Source: Octopus sinensis
Taxonomy: Eukaryota
DNA length: 64,000 bases
Reading direction: 5' to 3'
Assembly (NCBI RefSeq): GCF_006345805.1
Contig: NW_021836000.1
Location: forward strand, 221,407-285,406
Part shown: positions 40,421 through 54,205 of the stretch, one piece after another
How positions within the stretch are numbered: the stretch's first letter is position 1
Layout: each line of letters starts with the position of its first letter
Translations under genes and position numbers: made by a program
The notes under the pieces: generated by a model
What the model saw: only the letters and a program-made list of their open reading frames with translations
Database searches by the model: none
What the model was told of the DNA's origin: nothing

Positions 40421-41109
40421 GAAAAAGGATTATTTTTTGATTATTTTTTGAATGGCTTCTTATCTATGTCTGCTCTAACTTGTCAATGAACAAAAATATT
40501 CACATTTGCTTTTTAAACTGCATTTTTATTTTATTCTTTCACTCGACCTTTAAATAGGTCAATTATTCAAAGATTAAAATGAAATTTAATGGAATTCAAA
40601 AAATCTGATTTAAATATCCAATAAGAACGAAATGGAATAGATGAGAGCGAACTGTTCACAGTCAAGTCTGCTAAAATCTACTTTGAATCTGCCCGTAACT
40701 ATAAAAATTAACTTAAATAACTCGTTTGGTATTGATGGAGCAGAACTGGGAGAAATCATTGTACTTTCCAATTATGATATTTCAAGAGTAAAGGAATCTG
40801 GGGAGTGTTACCATTAATTATCGGTATCATATTTCTTGTTTTAGTTTTTTTCTATCTTTTGTGTTGCAAATCTAAGAAAAAGTTAGAGGGAGAGGAGAAT
40901 AGATCGACATTTCTCTGCCATTCAATAATTTCGCTGGCAATTGCGTATATTTTGAAAAATCTTAACTTTTCAGAATAATGTTTATCTATGTTGGTTATTC
41001 TTCGTCTATTCTCCAAAAAAACGTTGATGCTATCCAAAAACCATATATTTCTATAATTTCCAGTTTTACTGACATTACTGAACTAATTGTACGTATTAAT
41101 TTTATTTGC

Positions 41110-42270
41110 AATGAAATAGAATGAAAAAAACAAATCTGTTAGAGTCATCATTTCAGATTGTCTTAAAGAAGCAAAAAATATCATTAAAGATCCTAAATAT
41201 GATGATTTTAAAAATAACCGGAAAGACAATATCGACAATTTATTAACAGACCTTGAAAGTAAAAGTGGAGAATTTAGCATTGGTGATATTGATTTGGAAT
41301 CATTTGATCTCTCAAAATATGAAGAAACGCGAAAAACAATAAATACATACATACAAAAATACATGTATGTAATTTTTAACTACCTAGTATTCCTTCCTTA
41401 ATGGGAATATCTTATACTTCAGCATTTTTTATTTTTTTGATAGGAATCATGAAGTGGTTTAGAAAAAAGACCATTATTAAAATGTATTTTATTAATATTA
41501 TTTACAAGATTATGTATATTTATGGTTATTCTGGGATTAATCTTGTTGGTTATCGGATGTATATTTACAGCTGTTTCAATGGTGAAATAAATTAAATTAA
41601 TAGTAGATTTTAGCAAATGGATGTCCCAAAATAAATGTATTTGTGAAACAAATTAGTTAGTGTAATAATCTAATTGACTTATAGATAATAGCCACATTAC
41701 TAACATTTTCATATGTGACAATGAAATTCAGAATCCTATCGTATATTCAAATATAATTCAAATTAGATTTCCGATTTGAAAAAAATAACAATTGAAAATT
41801 ATTTTAATACGACTGAAATATCTTGCGATGACAGTCAATTTGAATCAACACTTCCTGACTTAAATGTCATCGAGGAAACACTCGATGATCCAAAAATCAA
41901 TAATCAACCAGTCTCTAAACCACTTGATGAGTACAAAACTCAATGTTATGAAATTAGAAATAAGATATCAGTTATTCGAATAATTTAACTTTTTATGAAT
42001 TTAGGATCTAAAGAACAGGACTATACAGAAACTTGAAACAATTCTGAATGAAATTATAACTAAAATGGAATTCTATTTAAGTTGCAGTGGAATCTCCGCA
42101 TATGTCATAAATATGAAATGCACAATCTGCTCTATCTTTGCGTACTTTTGAGCCTGATATCTATTTTAGACAAAACATAATTCTTTTAGGAATTATGTCG
42201 ATAATTGGGGTCATAATATTTTTTCTAATCCTCCCTTTGACCCTTTAAATGATAAAATAATATATTAATC
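41110..42270 (+). CDS. Hypothetical spliced gene of unknown function
   Basis: Open stretches separated by GT-AG micro-intron candidates and one hydrophobic segment. No family recognised. Confidence 0.3.
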
Positions 42271-43251
42271 TTTCTAACAAAGTGACTAATTTAATGGAAT
42301 TATAATTTTATTTTTTATACAAGAGATTTAGGATTTATTTGAAATCAATAGATTAACATAATGAGCAAGTTATGCTAAAAATCGTAGAAAACGTGATGTG
42401 TTAACTTTGAAAAAATTATTAATGCCATTTTGAGAAACCATTCCAGAAGATTGGTTCTATACAAGAGTCACAGATCTTATTCCAAAATGTAAAAATCTGA
42501 TGTTTCCAAATATGTTACAGATTGAGTTGCCAACTTTTAGTTTGGCCATTCCAGGAAACCAATTTTAGACTGGAAAGCCAATATCGCTTGGCAGCTTTGC
42601 TTTCTTCTTCGGCGGAGTTTTACCAAAATATCATCAATATGAAAATTCTGAATTAGAAACAGTATGTTCGACTGACTCGGTCTGTGAAGAAGCAATAGGA
42701 TTAAAAATTTCAAAATACAAGTAGTTTAAGTTCAACAAATATTAAATTTTAATGGATTTAAATAATTTATTTTATATTAAAAAGCGTATAGAAATTAGTT
42801 TTCAGTTCAATTAAATGTTTTAATTCAGACAAAATACTGATTAATTAATAAATAGCCTCTGGGTAGGCTCTAAGTGTCAGAGTTGATAAATCTGATTTAT
42901 CACTCCAAATTACTATAATTTTGAGAATAAATTTTATTTGCGTCGTCTAATTTTGGTTCCATACGGGAATACAGATGTAAATATAGGTAAAATGTACCCC
43001 CATGTTTTTTTGGGAAACAAAAAATTAAAATTTTATTTTTGTTGAATTAGATAGAAGGATAAAATGTACCCGCATGTTTTTCTTGTAGGCAAAAAATTGA
43101 AATTTTCGAGCGATTTGCCAGAGCTGATACGAACCAAAAAATCCTTTCATGTTTGACACTAGTGGAGTCCACGTGACACATACAACCAGTCTTTTATTCG
43201 TAGAAATTTTAATATTTCTGGTTTTCCATATTTTATCCATTTTGTCGAATA

Positions 43252-43889
43252 TTATTATTAACACATTCCGTAGGAACATAAACAAAGTTATAATCCCACA
43301 CGTGTCATAAGCGAAACAATTTTCTCGACCATCCTCGTCCATGCCCCTCTGCGAGATCCTGCAAAGATTCTAGGTCGTCCCAGTTTTTGAAACTTTTGCG
43401 ATGAAGTCCGAGATCCCTTTCCAGAACTGCCAGAAGAGTGGATCTAGGTCTTCCACGAAATTTGTATCCATGTTCAGGGAAATAATCGTCCATTGCCTGA
43501 TTGGCCGGAGCTCTGAGGTCCATTTGCAAAATATGGCCAAATAATTTCAACCGGCCTCCAACGATTTCTTGTGACAACGGCTTAGCATCGTAGTGTCTAT
43601 ACAGTGATAGTTTGAACGTCAACAAACTCGGCTCCCTACTTGGAGACAGTGAAGACATTTCTCGTACAAAGATGCTTGCTACCGCGGCTCTGAGCAGAAT
43701 ACGTAAAAATGGCTCCAAGCTTGGCCTATAAATCGAGCACTCAGATCAAGGCTTTATAATGCATTAGTAAAGCCCGTTCTACTATACAACTCGTCAACAT
43801 GGGGGATCTCGGACACTGAACTAAAGGCTATAGACTCTTTTCACTGTAAACAACTACGTGTTTTACACGGAATACACTGGCCATCAAAA
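43252..43889 (-). mobile_element. RTE-clade LINE insertion with a 5' inversion
   Basis: RLKLFGHILQM...RGRPR on - and LYNALVKPVLLYNSSTW...HWP on +. (TAA)n tail and TSD TTTGTCGAATA. Confidence 0.88.
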
Positions 43890-44019
43890 TTTGTCGAATA
43901 ACGTTTGATTTATAAATTATGTTTTTTCCGTATTTTTATATTTAAAAGTTTAAATCTTTATTTAACAGTTCCATGTTTTTTAAACTGTTCTTGGTGCCCT
44001 TGATGCACCTCAATAGAAA

Positions 44020-44430
44020 GGGGAATATGATTTTATTGTACTATATCTATTGTCTAAAAAATATGAACCTGGAATGACAGAAGCCAAAAAGCGAACAATT
44101 CGAAGAAAGTGTAAGACTCTTCATTTTGCAGACGATTAATTATTTTTTTATTCCAAATCAGGAATAAATAAAATTGTTATATGTCCTTTTAAACATGAAG
44201 GATTCAATCTATTTTTTGTGATGAACATAATTTGTTATCTAATTTCTCAAAAAAATATTGGATTTAAACAATGTATAATTCGTGATTTTGTATCAAAATA
44301 TATTCCGTGCCAATCATTTAATTTTTAAAGTACTTGTAAAAACATCAGAATGATTTCTGTGGAAAGAAATACGAAAGATTTATCGCCGACTGTATAGATC
44401 TGAGGCGGTATTCTGCAAATAATGAAGGCG
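44020..44430 (+). pseudogene. Decayed Ginger/gypsy-like integrase remnant
   Basis: YLLSKKYEPGMTEAKKRTIRRKCK and ERFIADCIDLRRYSANNEG. Confidence 0.55.
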
Positions 44431-45749
44431 CCGAAAAAGAGATTAACTGAGAATCTGAAGAAACGGAAATTTTCTTAAAAGTGAAAACTCATAATGAAAA
44501 ATATTAAAAAAGTTACAGAAGACGCAAATAAAAATTTTCGAAAAGAAATCAAATTAAACGCTTTTCGTCACATAAATAAGGACCGGCATAGTTTGCACAC
44601 AATCATACGTAGCGGTTGAATACAGACTCTGTTGAAAACGGAATTTATATTATACGAGACTTTTTGAAACAATGTTAGTAAATTTTATTATCTATTTTTA
44701 TTTTTGATTTGAGTTTTAGATTTAGTCAATATCTATATTTTATAGTCTTTTTAGCAATCAACAAATAGTTATAAACTATGCATTATAACCTCCAACAATA
44801 AATTTAGAGCTGCTATCGAATTCCCGGACATATAAATGACTCATTACGGGACTCTGGACGTTGTTCCCGGACTTAATTACGCAAGAATTAGTTCAGCAAA
44901 ATAAACAAAGCACATAGTCAGAAACTACTGCATCAATTTAAAAAGCCTTCGATTCAGTAGATTATTTATTAACTCAAAGATCACCGAGAAAGATAGGTCA
45001 GAACTAACTAATTAGATGATCCCTGCCTCCAACAACAGCCGTATTGCACAACTATTATATTTGACTAGTTGATACTGAGTTATTTAAGTATGAAATGATT
45101 GACGATGCAATTCAGTCAAAATTAATTGAATACAAACCAGACGTTTGACTTACAATTTCGGAAGAGGATTACGCTTAATTTGTTTTATAGTGAAAATATG
45201 CTTTTCTGAGTTCTTATTGACTTAAAACACTAAAATCATATTACCAAGAAAGCTTCTGGATTTCTCAGGCAAAAAAGTTATTTTTAACTTGTCTGACCAC
45301 TATTAAAAAATACTTCAATCACAAATGTTTGCTTGATAAATAAGTTTTATCCAACAATGAGCTTCGGTTGATCTGCAAAACAAATACTTACTGAAGCAAA
45401 TTTTTTTAAACAGTAAAAACTCCATTTTGTATAAAGTGCTAAGGAGGACTTTATAAATGTTAAAATTATAGTCAATGGCTTGTATTAAGTATAAAATAGT
45501 ACTTATTGTATTAACATAGAATTGATGTACAATTCAAATTTTTAAAATATAGAAGATCTCTAAATACCAATGAGAGGACACATGCACATATAAAATCACT
45601 TAAAAACAATAATTGGACATTTATACACACTTTCGTCATTAATTGTTCATATTTTAAAACCAGACTGGCAATAAACACAACTCAAGTAGTTTATAACAAT
45701 GTTAGTAGGACAGAGTCAGATAGAGTTTTTTTGTAGCTTAAGTTGCATT

Positions 45750-46853
45750 ACTTGATAGCTGAGGAATTATAACAAACTATAACCGTCTTTTCACATTTTG
45801 TATTTTTTCTGAGTGTTCTGCTTCATATCTACTCAGAATTTCAAGAAGAAAATTGAGAGGAAAATGAATATACTCCAGCGTCTAAAAACTCAACACAGAC
45901 ACCACGCTATTCTGTGGCACTCCATTTTCCCGCCGCTCCCGCAAGTAGACTATTGGTACACTGAACACTTTCAGATCCCTCAAAAGGTGCACGAGTGGTT
46001 TATCAAAAGAGTCGAGTTCTCTCTCTACTAAAAAGTAGAATTTGGTCTCCTTACTGTGGGAGACGTGGAGGAACAGGGAATACTCCCGGAAGTCATTGGT
46101 TATCTGTACTCCCACAATCCAGGACAACCTGGAACTTTTGGAAGAGAATTTGAATCACTTCAAAGGCCATAGAGTCCTGGGTGACGTATATCCCACTCGC
46201 AGTCCCCCGCTCTGGCTTGTAGATTATCACGTTTGGGTCCTGTTTGTTTTATATACTATTGGACCTCGGAGGTTTTCTTTGACTTTTCTACTTTCTGAAG
46301 TGATTTTGAGGAAATTGGGACGGGGATGAGAGATTTTGTGTTGTCACGACGAGTAAAACTGAGTTGATTTTGTACGTCCCAAACAACTCGAATTCTTCCA
46401 CTAATTTTGAGATCTTGGTTTCTCTGAGTGTCAACATGGGCACTAACTTTGTCCATTCGGAGGAATGAGACTACGTTGCTCACTTTGTTGAACTGCTCCA
46501 CTGCTTTAATAGCCGTATCCCTGTCACATTGGCCTACATCAAGACTTACCTTTGCATACTAATTATATCCTGTTAATAATCTTACATTTTATTGGCTGAT
46601 CAAATCTGTTATTTGTCAAATAATTAATTATTTAAAAAGACCATCTTAAATAAGTAGTCAAAGTAGTCTATTCAAATTTGACTGAGTCAATTCCTCCAAG
46701 TTGGTGGTGAGAGCTCATCGTGGTACAAAAAATATTGGACGCCCACAATTTATGACGACTGACTACTTGTAGATTTCCATGAGCTGTCTCCAACTCTTCG
46801 AAAGAAATCTCGGTTTCTTGATCTGAGAGTGATTTTGACATTTTCCCTGTCAA
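45750..46853 (-). CDS. Hypothetical gene of unknown function
   Basis: Block of higher GC with consecutive minus-strand ORFs and micro-intron candidates. Confidence 0.3.
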
Positions 46854-47376
46854 ATAATTTATGAAAACTTTGTTTTTTATACTTAAGATTAAAAAAAATT
46901 TTTCTTCATTTATTTTGTTTTGTTCGTTTATATAATTTAATCTGATAACTAAGTTGTTACGACTCAGAAGTATCTTAACATCTTTTTACTTTATTCTCAA
47001 GTAAATTATTTCTCTGGATGTTGATAAAATCGAAACAAAGACTTTAACATTGATGCAACATTCTCAATAAAAATGAAATTTTCAAATCCTGCTACAAGTG
47101 ATCAAGAGCTTAAATCATACTTTAATTTCAAATTTTTAACTCGATCATAATTTCTTTTGTCTGGAACAACCGTTTTCGTTGTATAATTAAGAATCCTCTC
47201 TGATTAGACATAGGTTTAAAAAATTAAGAAAACAAACTTATATAATTCATTTTAAACCTAGAATTTTGAATATTAATGCAAACTAATAAAACAGCCAAAA
47301 TACATTTTTGATTGGAACATTTCTTATTTTAATCGCTTCTATTTTATTAAAAAAATTAAAAAAATTTTTTTAATGT

Positions 47377-48186
47377 TCAATCAAACATATCACATTTTTT
47401 TAGAAAATCCCTATGAGCATACATATACTCTTTAGGATGACGAGAAAGATGAGCAGCATGACTAGAATTATCCCAATAAACACTCTTCACATTATTCTTC
47501 TCAGATAACCTCTCAATAACCCTCTCCAAATAAACTCGATCAGACATTGGATCATCCAAGGAATAAAACATTAAAGTCGGTGGATGATTATCGGCTGTAC
47601 ATAACTCATTAGCAAGTTTATCAGCTCTGTCTATTATTCTTGTTAGGTACAATGTTAATAAAACAAAGTAATAGGCCACCCAACGAACAGAGGTTAATGA
47701 AGAAGAATTTATTGACATACCCAAAGCCATATTCCTGAGTTCCCCACATGCCACACTGTCAAAAATTTGTCCTACGATTTTCGGCTTGTCAGATTTTCGT
47801 GAAAGGCCGTAAGAATTTAGAGACGAGAAAAGCCATGAAAGATAAATAAAAACTCCAATAGAAAATACATGAACGAATATTTTATCATATTTTGGTGAGT
47901 TTTGGTCAAGAAGGCCGTAAATGTTGTCTGTGAGACTTTGGTTGTATTTCTGACTAAGTAATTGCTGAATTCCACCCTGAACTGAAAGTATATCACAATT
48001 GACGTGTTGATAGAGCTTAAAGTAGCTGTAATGAGATGATGTTTTTGAGGAAACCCACGGAAAAAACAATAATAGAGAACGATTTTTTTGATGATTAATT
48101 TTTTTCTCATAAAAAATTATGTTTTTGAAACATTGAATTGTGTATATTTTGATAAGATAGAATGTGGTCGCATACAACGAGTACAA
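47377..48186 (-). CDS. TMEM53/DUF829 alpha/beta-hydrolase-like protein; start uncertain
   Basis: LFFPW, HVFSIG, GQIFDS, LMFYSLDDP and WDNSSHAAHLSRHPKEY. Confidence 0.8.
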   Translation of the reverse strand: MYSLYATTFYLIKIYTIQCFKNIIFYEKKINHQKNRSLLLFFPWVSSKTSSHYSYFKLYQHVNCDILSVQGGIQQLLSQKYNQSLTDNIYGLLDQNSPKYDKIFVHVFSIGVFIYLSWLFSSLNSYGLSRKSDKPKIVGQIFDSVACGELRNMALGMSINSSSLTSVRWVAYYFVLLTLYLTRIIDRADKLANELCTADNHPPTLMFYSLDDPMSDRVYLERVIERLSEKNNVKSVYWDNSSHAAHLSRHPKEYMYAHRDFLKKCDMFD

Positions 48187-48716
48187 AAATTTATTTAATA
48201 TTTAAAAATATTAATCAATGATATAAATAAAAGTTTTTTGCATAAATTAGAGATTTAATAAATTAGTCTCTTCAAAATAAATTAGTGTTATCGCACGATA
48301 ATGTCTATATTTAAAATGATGCGGATTTTTCAAAAATCAAATGAAGGAAAAAAATTTGTCACCAGATAGCCTCATCTGACATTAGTCATCGCCAAAACTG
48401 ACAAAATGAATCATCGCTCGTACTACAAATGTTTACTTGTCATACGAGGCAAAAATTCTTTGCAATGGCCACTCATAAAGCGAATTGCTCTTACAATTAG
48501 TCACTTGTACTACGATATTCGACTGAATAATAATTTTCCTATTTAATTTTTATGTCTAAATAAAATCAATATTTTTTAGAATAAATTGTGATCTTTCCTG
48601 AAGACAATTCTAAACCGAATGCGAAGTTTTGTATATATTAATAATTTGAAATAAATTTCATTTAATTATCAAATAATGTTAATAAACTTTGAGTATTATT
48701 AGTTTAATAAATAAAT

Positions 48717-50535
48717 TTAATTTATTTTACTAGAAATTAGATAATTTCTATATTCATTCAAAAAATCAGGAATGTTTGTGAATTCATTTCCCGAAACATT
48801 TTTATATATTTGTTCAAATACTTCTCTTTCAATTTTAATATCACATTTATCCAAAAACTCGTACATCTTTAAAAATAGTTTTTTTAATTAAAATTAATTT
48901 TATATATCAAAATACTAACCTCGTTTGGAGGCATCACCTTCACGATTTCATCAATTCCCAGTCCCCCAATTTGTAAAAATAGTCGGATTTAAACATTGCC
49001 CCTGCATTAAGCTCGTCTCCATAAGATGTAAAGTCACTTGTTTTTTTAATTCGTGGAGGTTTCAAATCATAACGAAGTGTAGGTAATCCATAAACACGAT
49101 TATTTGTATCTTTGAAATAAATATTGGTTAACTACCTTTACTCAACTGTCCATATTGAGAAGCTTTGGTATATTGGGAATAGGAAGTCGTTGTACACCAA
49201 TTTTTCTTTTTACCATCGCTTATATCTCTATTAGGCTGAATTTCAACATTCAAATTGTTATCATGAAATCCGTTACGATAGTCGAGAAGTTGTAAAATTT
49301 TGTTTATATTTAAATATAGTTCTGAACACATTTCTTCCTGGCAATAATTAATTATGAATTCCAAATAAATTTTATCCAATTCGATTTTCATTATCTCAAT
49401 AATATTTAAAAAATTTTCTAAACTCACAAAATCTTCAGAACTCTTATAAAATTAGCAAAAATAAAATAAACTGAAGTTCTCAAAAGATATTCAAATTCTC
49501 TAAAATTTCGGAAGCCACTCACTTTCAGTTTTTTCCTCAAATCCGCGACTAAACTCTCAACATTCAAACTTAAATTTTCATTATCGTCAAATTTATTATC
49601 ATGGATTATTTGAGAAACTTTAATGTTGTCACTAATAGATTTGATGCCATAAGTATGGTCAATAGAAAAGTGTTTTGTTCCTTGAATTCTGCGTTTTTTA
49701 ATGTATTACATATTAAATACGGATCGCATGTAGTTCCGAGTTTATGTTTGTTTGATTTCGCCAGGAGCTCAAACACATGTCAAAATTGTAGCTTCTTTCA
49801 TATTCTCTTTAGTTGCAATTCCAATTTTCGTTCCGTTTTGCCATTACTTCCATCTTCTGTTTTATCTTTGATGTTAGTCCAAAACGTTCTTCTTTATCAA
49901 TGGTTTTGAATATTTTCTTTCTGTTTGTTTCCACGGTTCCGTAGATTTTAAACTATTTTGATTGGTGACATCATATTTCATCAGATCGCTTACTTTTTCG
50001 CCTTAAATACTATTACATGTTTTCACCATATTCAGTCTTTTCTCCATACGTATGATTCAGATTGTCAAAAGTATCAGGAATAGATTGATATTTTGTTGTT
50101 CTTGATCCCAAAGGATATTTACTTCTTTGGTAATTCTGTTCATTAATTGAGTTGATTATTTCATTAAAACTGAAATTTTAAATTATTAAAATTACAATGT
50201 TGTGGGTCTTGGATTTAATGAGTCCTTAATTTCAGAAATTTCATTACTTGCTATTCCATGGGATGTTTTATTTAGTTTTTCTAACTGTTCTTCACGGAAA
50301 TTACCACTGAACTTATTCGTGGAAAGTGGTGGATTATAATATTCTTTATATTTTCTTACATTTAATGGATACGTCTTTTTAATATCTAATCTTATAAATA
50401 ATACATTATTTGTAAATGAAGCCTCATTATACTGAAAACAGTCTATTACATGATCCGAAATTTTTCCTGTTTAAATCCCGCCTATTTTAGTTTTTATAAT
50501 GAAAATACTGGTTCAATATTTTTAAAAATGAGCAT
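48717..50535 (-). CDS. EFHB: EF-hand domain family member B (CFAP21, ciliary microtubule inner protein), spliced, with indels; start approximate
   Basis: YGLPTLRYDLKPPRIKKTSDFTSYGDE resembles the EFHB signature (GVPTIRSDIPAPRIRRISDRTNYGEE, from memory). Also DHTYG and several micro-introns. Confidence 0.75.
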
Positions 50536-50719
50536 ATTTTCTTTATTGATATTTACTGATTTTTTCAAATTGAACTACAACAAATAACTCTATGGGTTTT
50601 ATTTTAATATTTTTTAATAAATTTTAAATAAATAATTCAAATGAATAATTTTTCAATTAATCTAGAGTTTATAGTTTCAAAATTTTTTGTTTAAATAAAA
50701 ATTTTTCTTTTTCTTAATA

Positions 50720-51000
50720 GAAGTAACAAGCCATCCATCCGAAGTGCACCTCGCCAACATAATTGACGCTGCGTTGCCTCTCACGATAGCAACGGAGATC
50801 AACTGGAAAAGTCACCGGGTCTCACGTGTGTCAAGGCTAAGCGTCCAAGCTTCTTTAGGAAGCGGAGCGATTTCCCACTTATACCTCCAGTTGTCTCGAA
50901 CACAATCGGATAGAACGCGAATCTGTCTCGCAGTGTCTCCAATGCGCTCTCGGCAATGTTGGAGGGCAGAGAATGTCCCACAGTGTTGCGTCCCAGACTC
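50720..51000 (-). mobile_element. CRE-like 3' fragment
   Basis: FYPIVFETTGG...FQLISVAIVRGNAAS. The same 3' end is at 63240-63330. Confidence 0.85.
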
Positions 51001-51639
51001 GGGGTTTTTCCTCTTCAAATGGGAAAATTGTGATCCCATCATATAATAGAGTGAAGAAAATTCCCTTATGCTTATTAAATTTTAGATTTTATTTAAAATT
51101 AAAATACGTGTGGTTTTTAATCGAGTGATAGTCGATTAACTAAAAGTATTTTTAATTTAGGACAACATGTTGAACTAAGTCATAAAAACAAATTTTATTG
51201 ACTTAAAAACTTTCTCTTCGACGAGGTATTTATGAAAAAGCCAAAATAAATTAATTAGAAGTTAAATTTTAAACAATTATGACTTTAGAATTCGTTCTCT
51301 ATCAGAATTTTCTTTATTAAGCCTTTTTTGATGCTGCTCCTAATTTTTAATTAGTAGTAAAATTACATCATGTAATTTTGCATTGCTTCTCACATTTTAT
51401 CAGGTGTTCCTAAATGATTGTAAATGTTATTGTCAAAAAACCATTTGAATTCGTTGCCTTCAACATATTCATCCCAATTTTCATCCTTATATGTATCTGG
51501 AGGCATTCTCTGTATTGTTTATCATACGGTGATTTATATATTTCAATAGTTATTGATTATGATTATGTTCAAAATAATAGTGTATTGAAATCCAATTAAA
51601 ATTAAAAAAAATCCTTTATTAAGAAAGAAACTAATTAAC

Positions 51640-52835
51640 TAAGTAATTTTACTAACTAAGTCCAGAGCCTTCGAAGTGAGCAGAAGGCGGCACTCCACGC
51701 ACCTCCTCCCCTTCTTCCTCCTCTTCTCTGGCACTGTAGACCTTCGAGAAGGTGCAGTCCAGCGCCTCTTGCTGACTAAACGTCAGGAAAGGGCTGGATC
51801 GGCGAGCATCAAACGAGACACTCTCCAGAGTCCTCTTAAGAACAGTTGACTGTATATAAGCCTGTAGAGACTTATCTACATCCAACTGTCTTAAGTACCG
51901 CTTGTGGTATTTGGTGACCAGTCCATCCCATGTCATCACACACGGGATGACATGGACTTTGCACTGGTGCATCAGTCCTAGCTCGTTTGCAAGGAGGTCA
52001 TACTTCCTCCTTTTCTCCACTTCCACTATCTGCAAACGGTCTAGGCACGTGATGCCCACCTCCACGATAACAATCTCCCCGGTGACCTTATCGTGGACCA
52101 CAATGTCGGGTCTGTTGTGCTGGACAACAATCGAGGTGCGTATGGGGGTATCCACCTTAATGCACACCCGCGAGTTCTCACACACCGATTGAACTCGATG
52201 GGTTCGCAACTTTCTGGACCGCCTCAAGCCGTACTTATTGCAGAGCAAAAGATGGAGGGACCTCACCACCTCGTTATGCCTCCATGTGTAATCATGGTAA
52301 AGCATACTCCCGCACTTCGTGGCTAAATGGTCAACGGTCATTGCCTTACTCTTACAGTGGTTACACTGTCTCCGTTGACCATTAAAAAGTTTCTATCCTG
52401 CAAATATGAGAACAACCCTTCTGATCGGGGAGAGTTATTCCCATATTTCAGCCACGTAGATGACGACGATACGTCAATGTGCAGGCTGCTAAAGAGAGTC
52501 TTGTGAAGGACTTTTAAGTTGATCTTTTTAATTAAAGACTCCTTTTGAAGTTTGATCAACTTTTTCACATTAACTTGGGTAGCACCTAGACCATACTTAG
52601 CCGACACATAGCCTTTTATGGTCCCTAGGTGTGTACCACGCGCTTTTTCAGCAGCAAGGATGGCAGCCTTCCTTTGGGATACACTCGACCCACTCCACAA
52701 GGTGTCGTGCATCTTAGTAAGAATTCGCTCACTTAAGTGTACAATGTTACTCAGTCCACGTCCTAGCTGCCCGCGAGACAAGTACAATCTCTCCTTATTG
52801 CTTGCCAACACGTGGACATGATTCTCTCGGAGTAC
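51640..52835 (-). mobile_element. 5'-truncated R4/Dong-like non-LTR retrotransposon
   Basis: ERLYLSR..GRGL, C..C...HLATKC knuckle, RHNEV and NRPDIV..IVEVGIT..KRRKY. Confidence 0.92.
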
Positions 52836-52902
52836 TCTTCAAATTTTAAAATACGAAATATTTCATTTAATTAATTGATATGTTCAAAATTATTAAAATG
52901 TA

Positions 52903-54205
52903 TGTCACCGGTTTTTGCTGGGACCCGGCATCTGCTGGGACCGCAAGCGTATTTTCAAATAAAAAATATTGAAAATAGTTTATTAACAGTCATAAACACA
53001 TATTTATTAATTATTTTTAAAAAAGAATATTACTTTTATAAAATTAAATTGCCACGTGAAAAATGGGTCTACTGGTTTTGACTAGAGATACCTTGTCAAA
53101 AATCAAAAAATACAAAGAATCCCAGAATTTGGATGAAGTTTTGGATAAGAAGGAGAGATATAAAGTCAAACAACATGCAGAAACCTTTTCTTTTGTTGAT
53201 GGAAAAGCTTATATACGAAGAAATGGCCTAAAACTACGATTTTTTTGTGTTGAAGATGCAGAACTAAAATTACTAATGATTGAAGTATTGGTTGTATCCT
53301 CTAAAAATAGTCCGAGCATAATTCTAATCATTTTGAAAGAGATCGAATGATTAGTCATCTGAAGACAAGGATCTATGGTGTTAGTCGTTCTGAAATATTG
53401 CAAGCCGATATGCGGAAGTGAATGATTCAAATTCTGGAGAAGATGCTGATGCTGAAATTCAATTTGTTGAAAATGAAGTAACTGATGATAAAAATATTGC
53501 AAAAAATTTGTTATCAACATACGAGACTCTAACGAAAGCAGGAGAAAAAATGATATCCAGTATATGATCAAATTGATACGAAAAATATAAAGTTATTGCC
53601 AGAGAAAATATGAATTTTGATATTGAAGATGAAGAAGGATTTGTCGTAAAAGGAACAAATATTGCGAGACTTTATAAATTGATTAATGTTTTTGTTTATA
53701 AAAAATAAGGCTTGTGCTAAAATAAGGGTTAAGGATAGGTTGGGGTTAGGGATAGGGATAAGGTTAGAGTTAGGGATAAGGTTGGGGTTAGGGATAATGA
53801 TAAGCTTAGGGATAAGGTTAGGGTTAGGGATAAGGTCGAAGTTAGGTTAGCTTTTGGGATAAAGTTGAGATTTTATCACGCGACAAAAATAAAAATGTAT
53901 TTTTATCACGGAATAATACTTTTTGTGTTTTTTTATTTAATTTTTATTTAAAAAAATATAACTAGTTTTCATTTTTTTCGACTGGTAATCCAGATATCAA
54001 TTAAATATTTAAAGTTCAACGGCGTTAATAACGAATGTTGGAGTATGCTGGTTTTGTACAAGAAAGAAATTTCAGTAAATTGGAATCTATCAGCATTTTA
54101 GGGTTAAACTTTAACTATTTAATAATTTTAGATATAAATAAAGCGATTTAGTCGATTTTTAGGGCGGTCCAAGGAGATGCCGGGTCCCAGCAAAAACCGG
54201 TGACA
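52903..54205 (+). mobile_element. Ginger2/TDD-like DNA transposon, internally deleted
   Basis: 31-bp perfect TIR TGTCACCGGTTTTTGCTGGGACCCGGCATCT and 5-bp TSD ATGTA. The ORF at 53063 plus a 26-nt intron leads to an integrase-type H...H motif (EHNSNHF.RDRM). Confidence 0.85.
53721..53868 (+). repeat. Degenerate telomere-like hexamer array
   Basis: Mixed TTAGGG, ATAAGG and TTGGGG units. Confidence 0.9.

Noticed and set aside
53721-53868. True telomere or chromosome fusion site
   Set aside because: The array is short, degenerate, in one orientation, and enclosed by a TIR element with an intact TSD.
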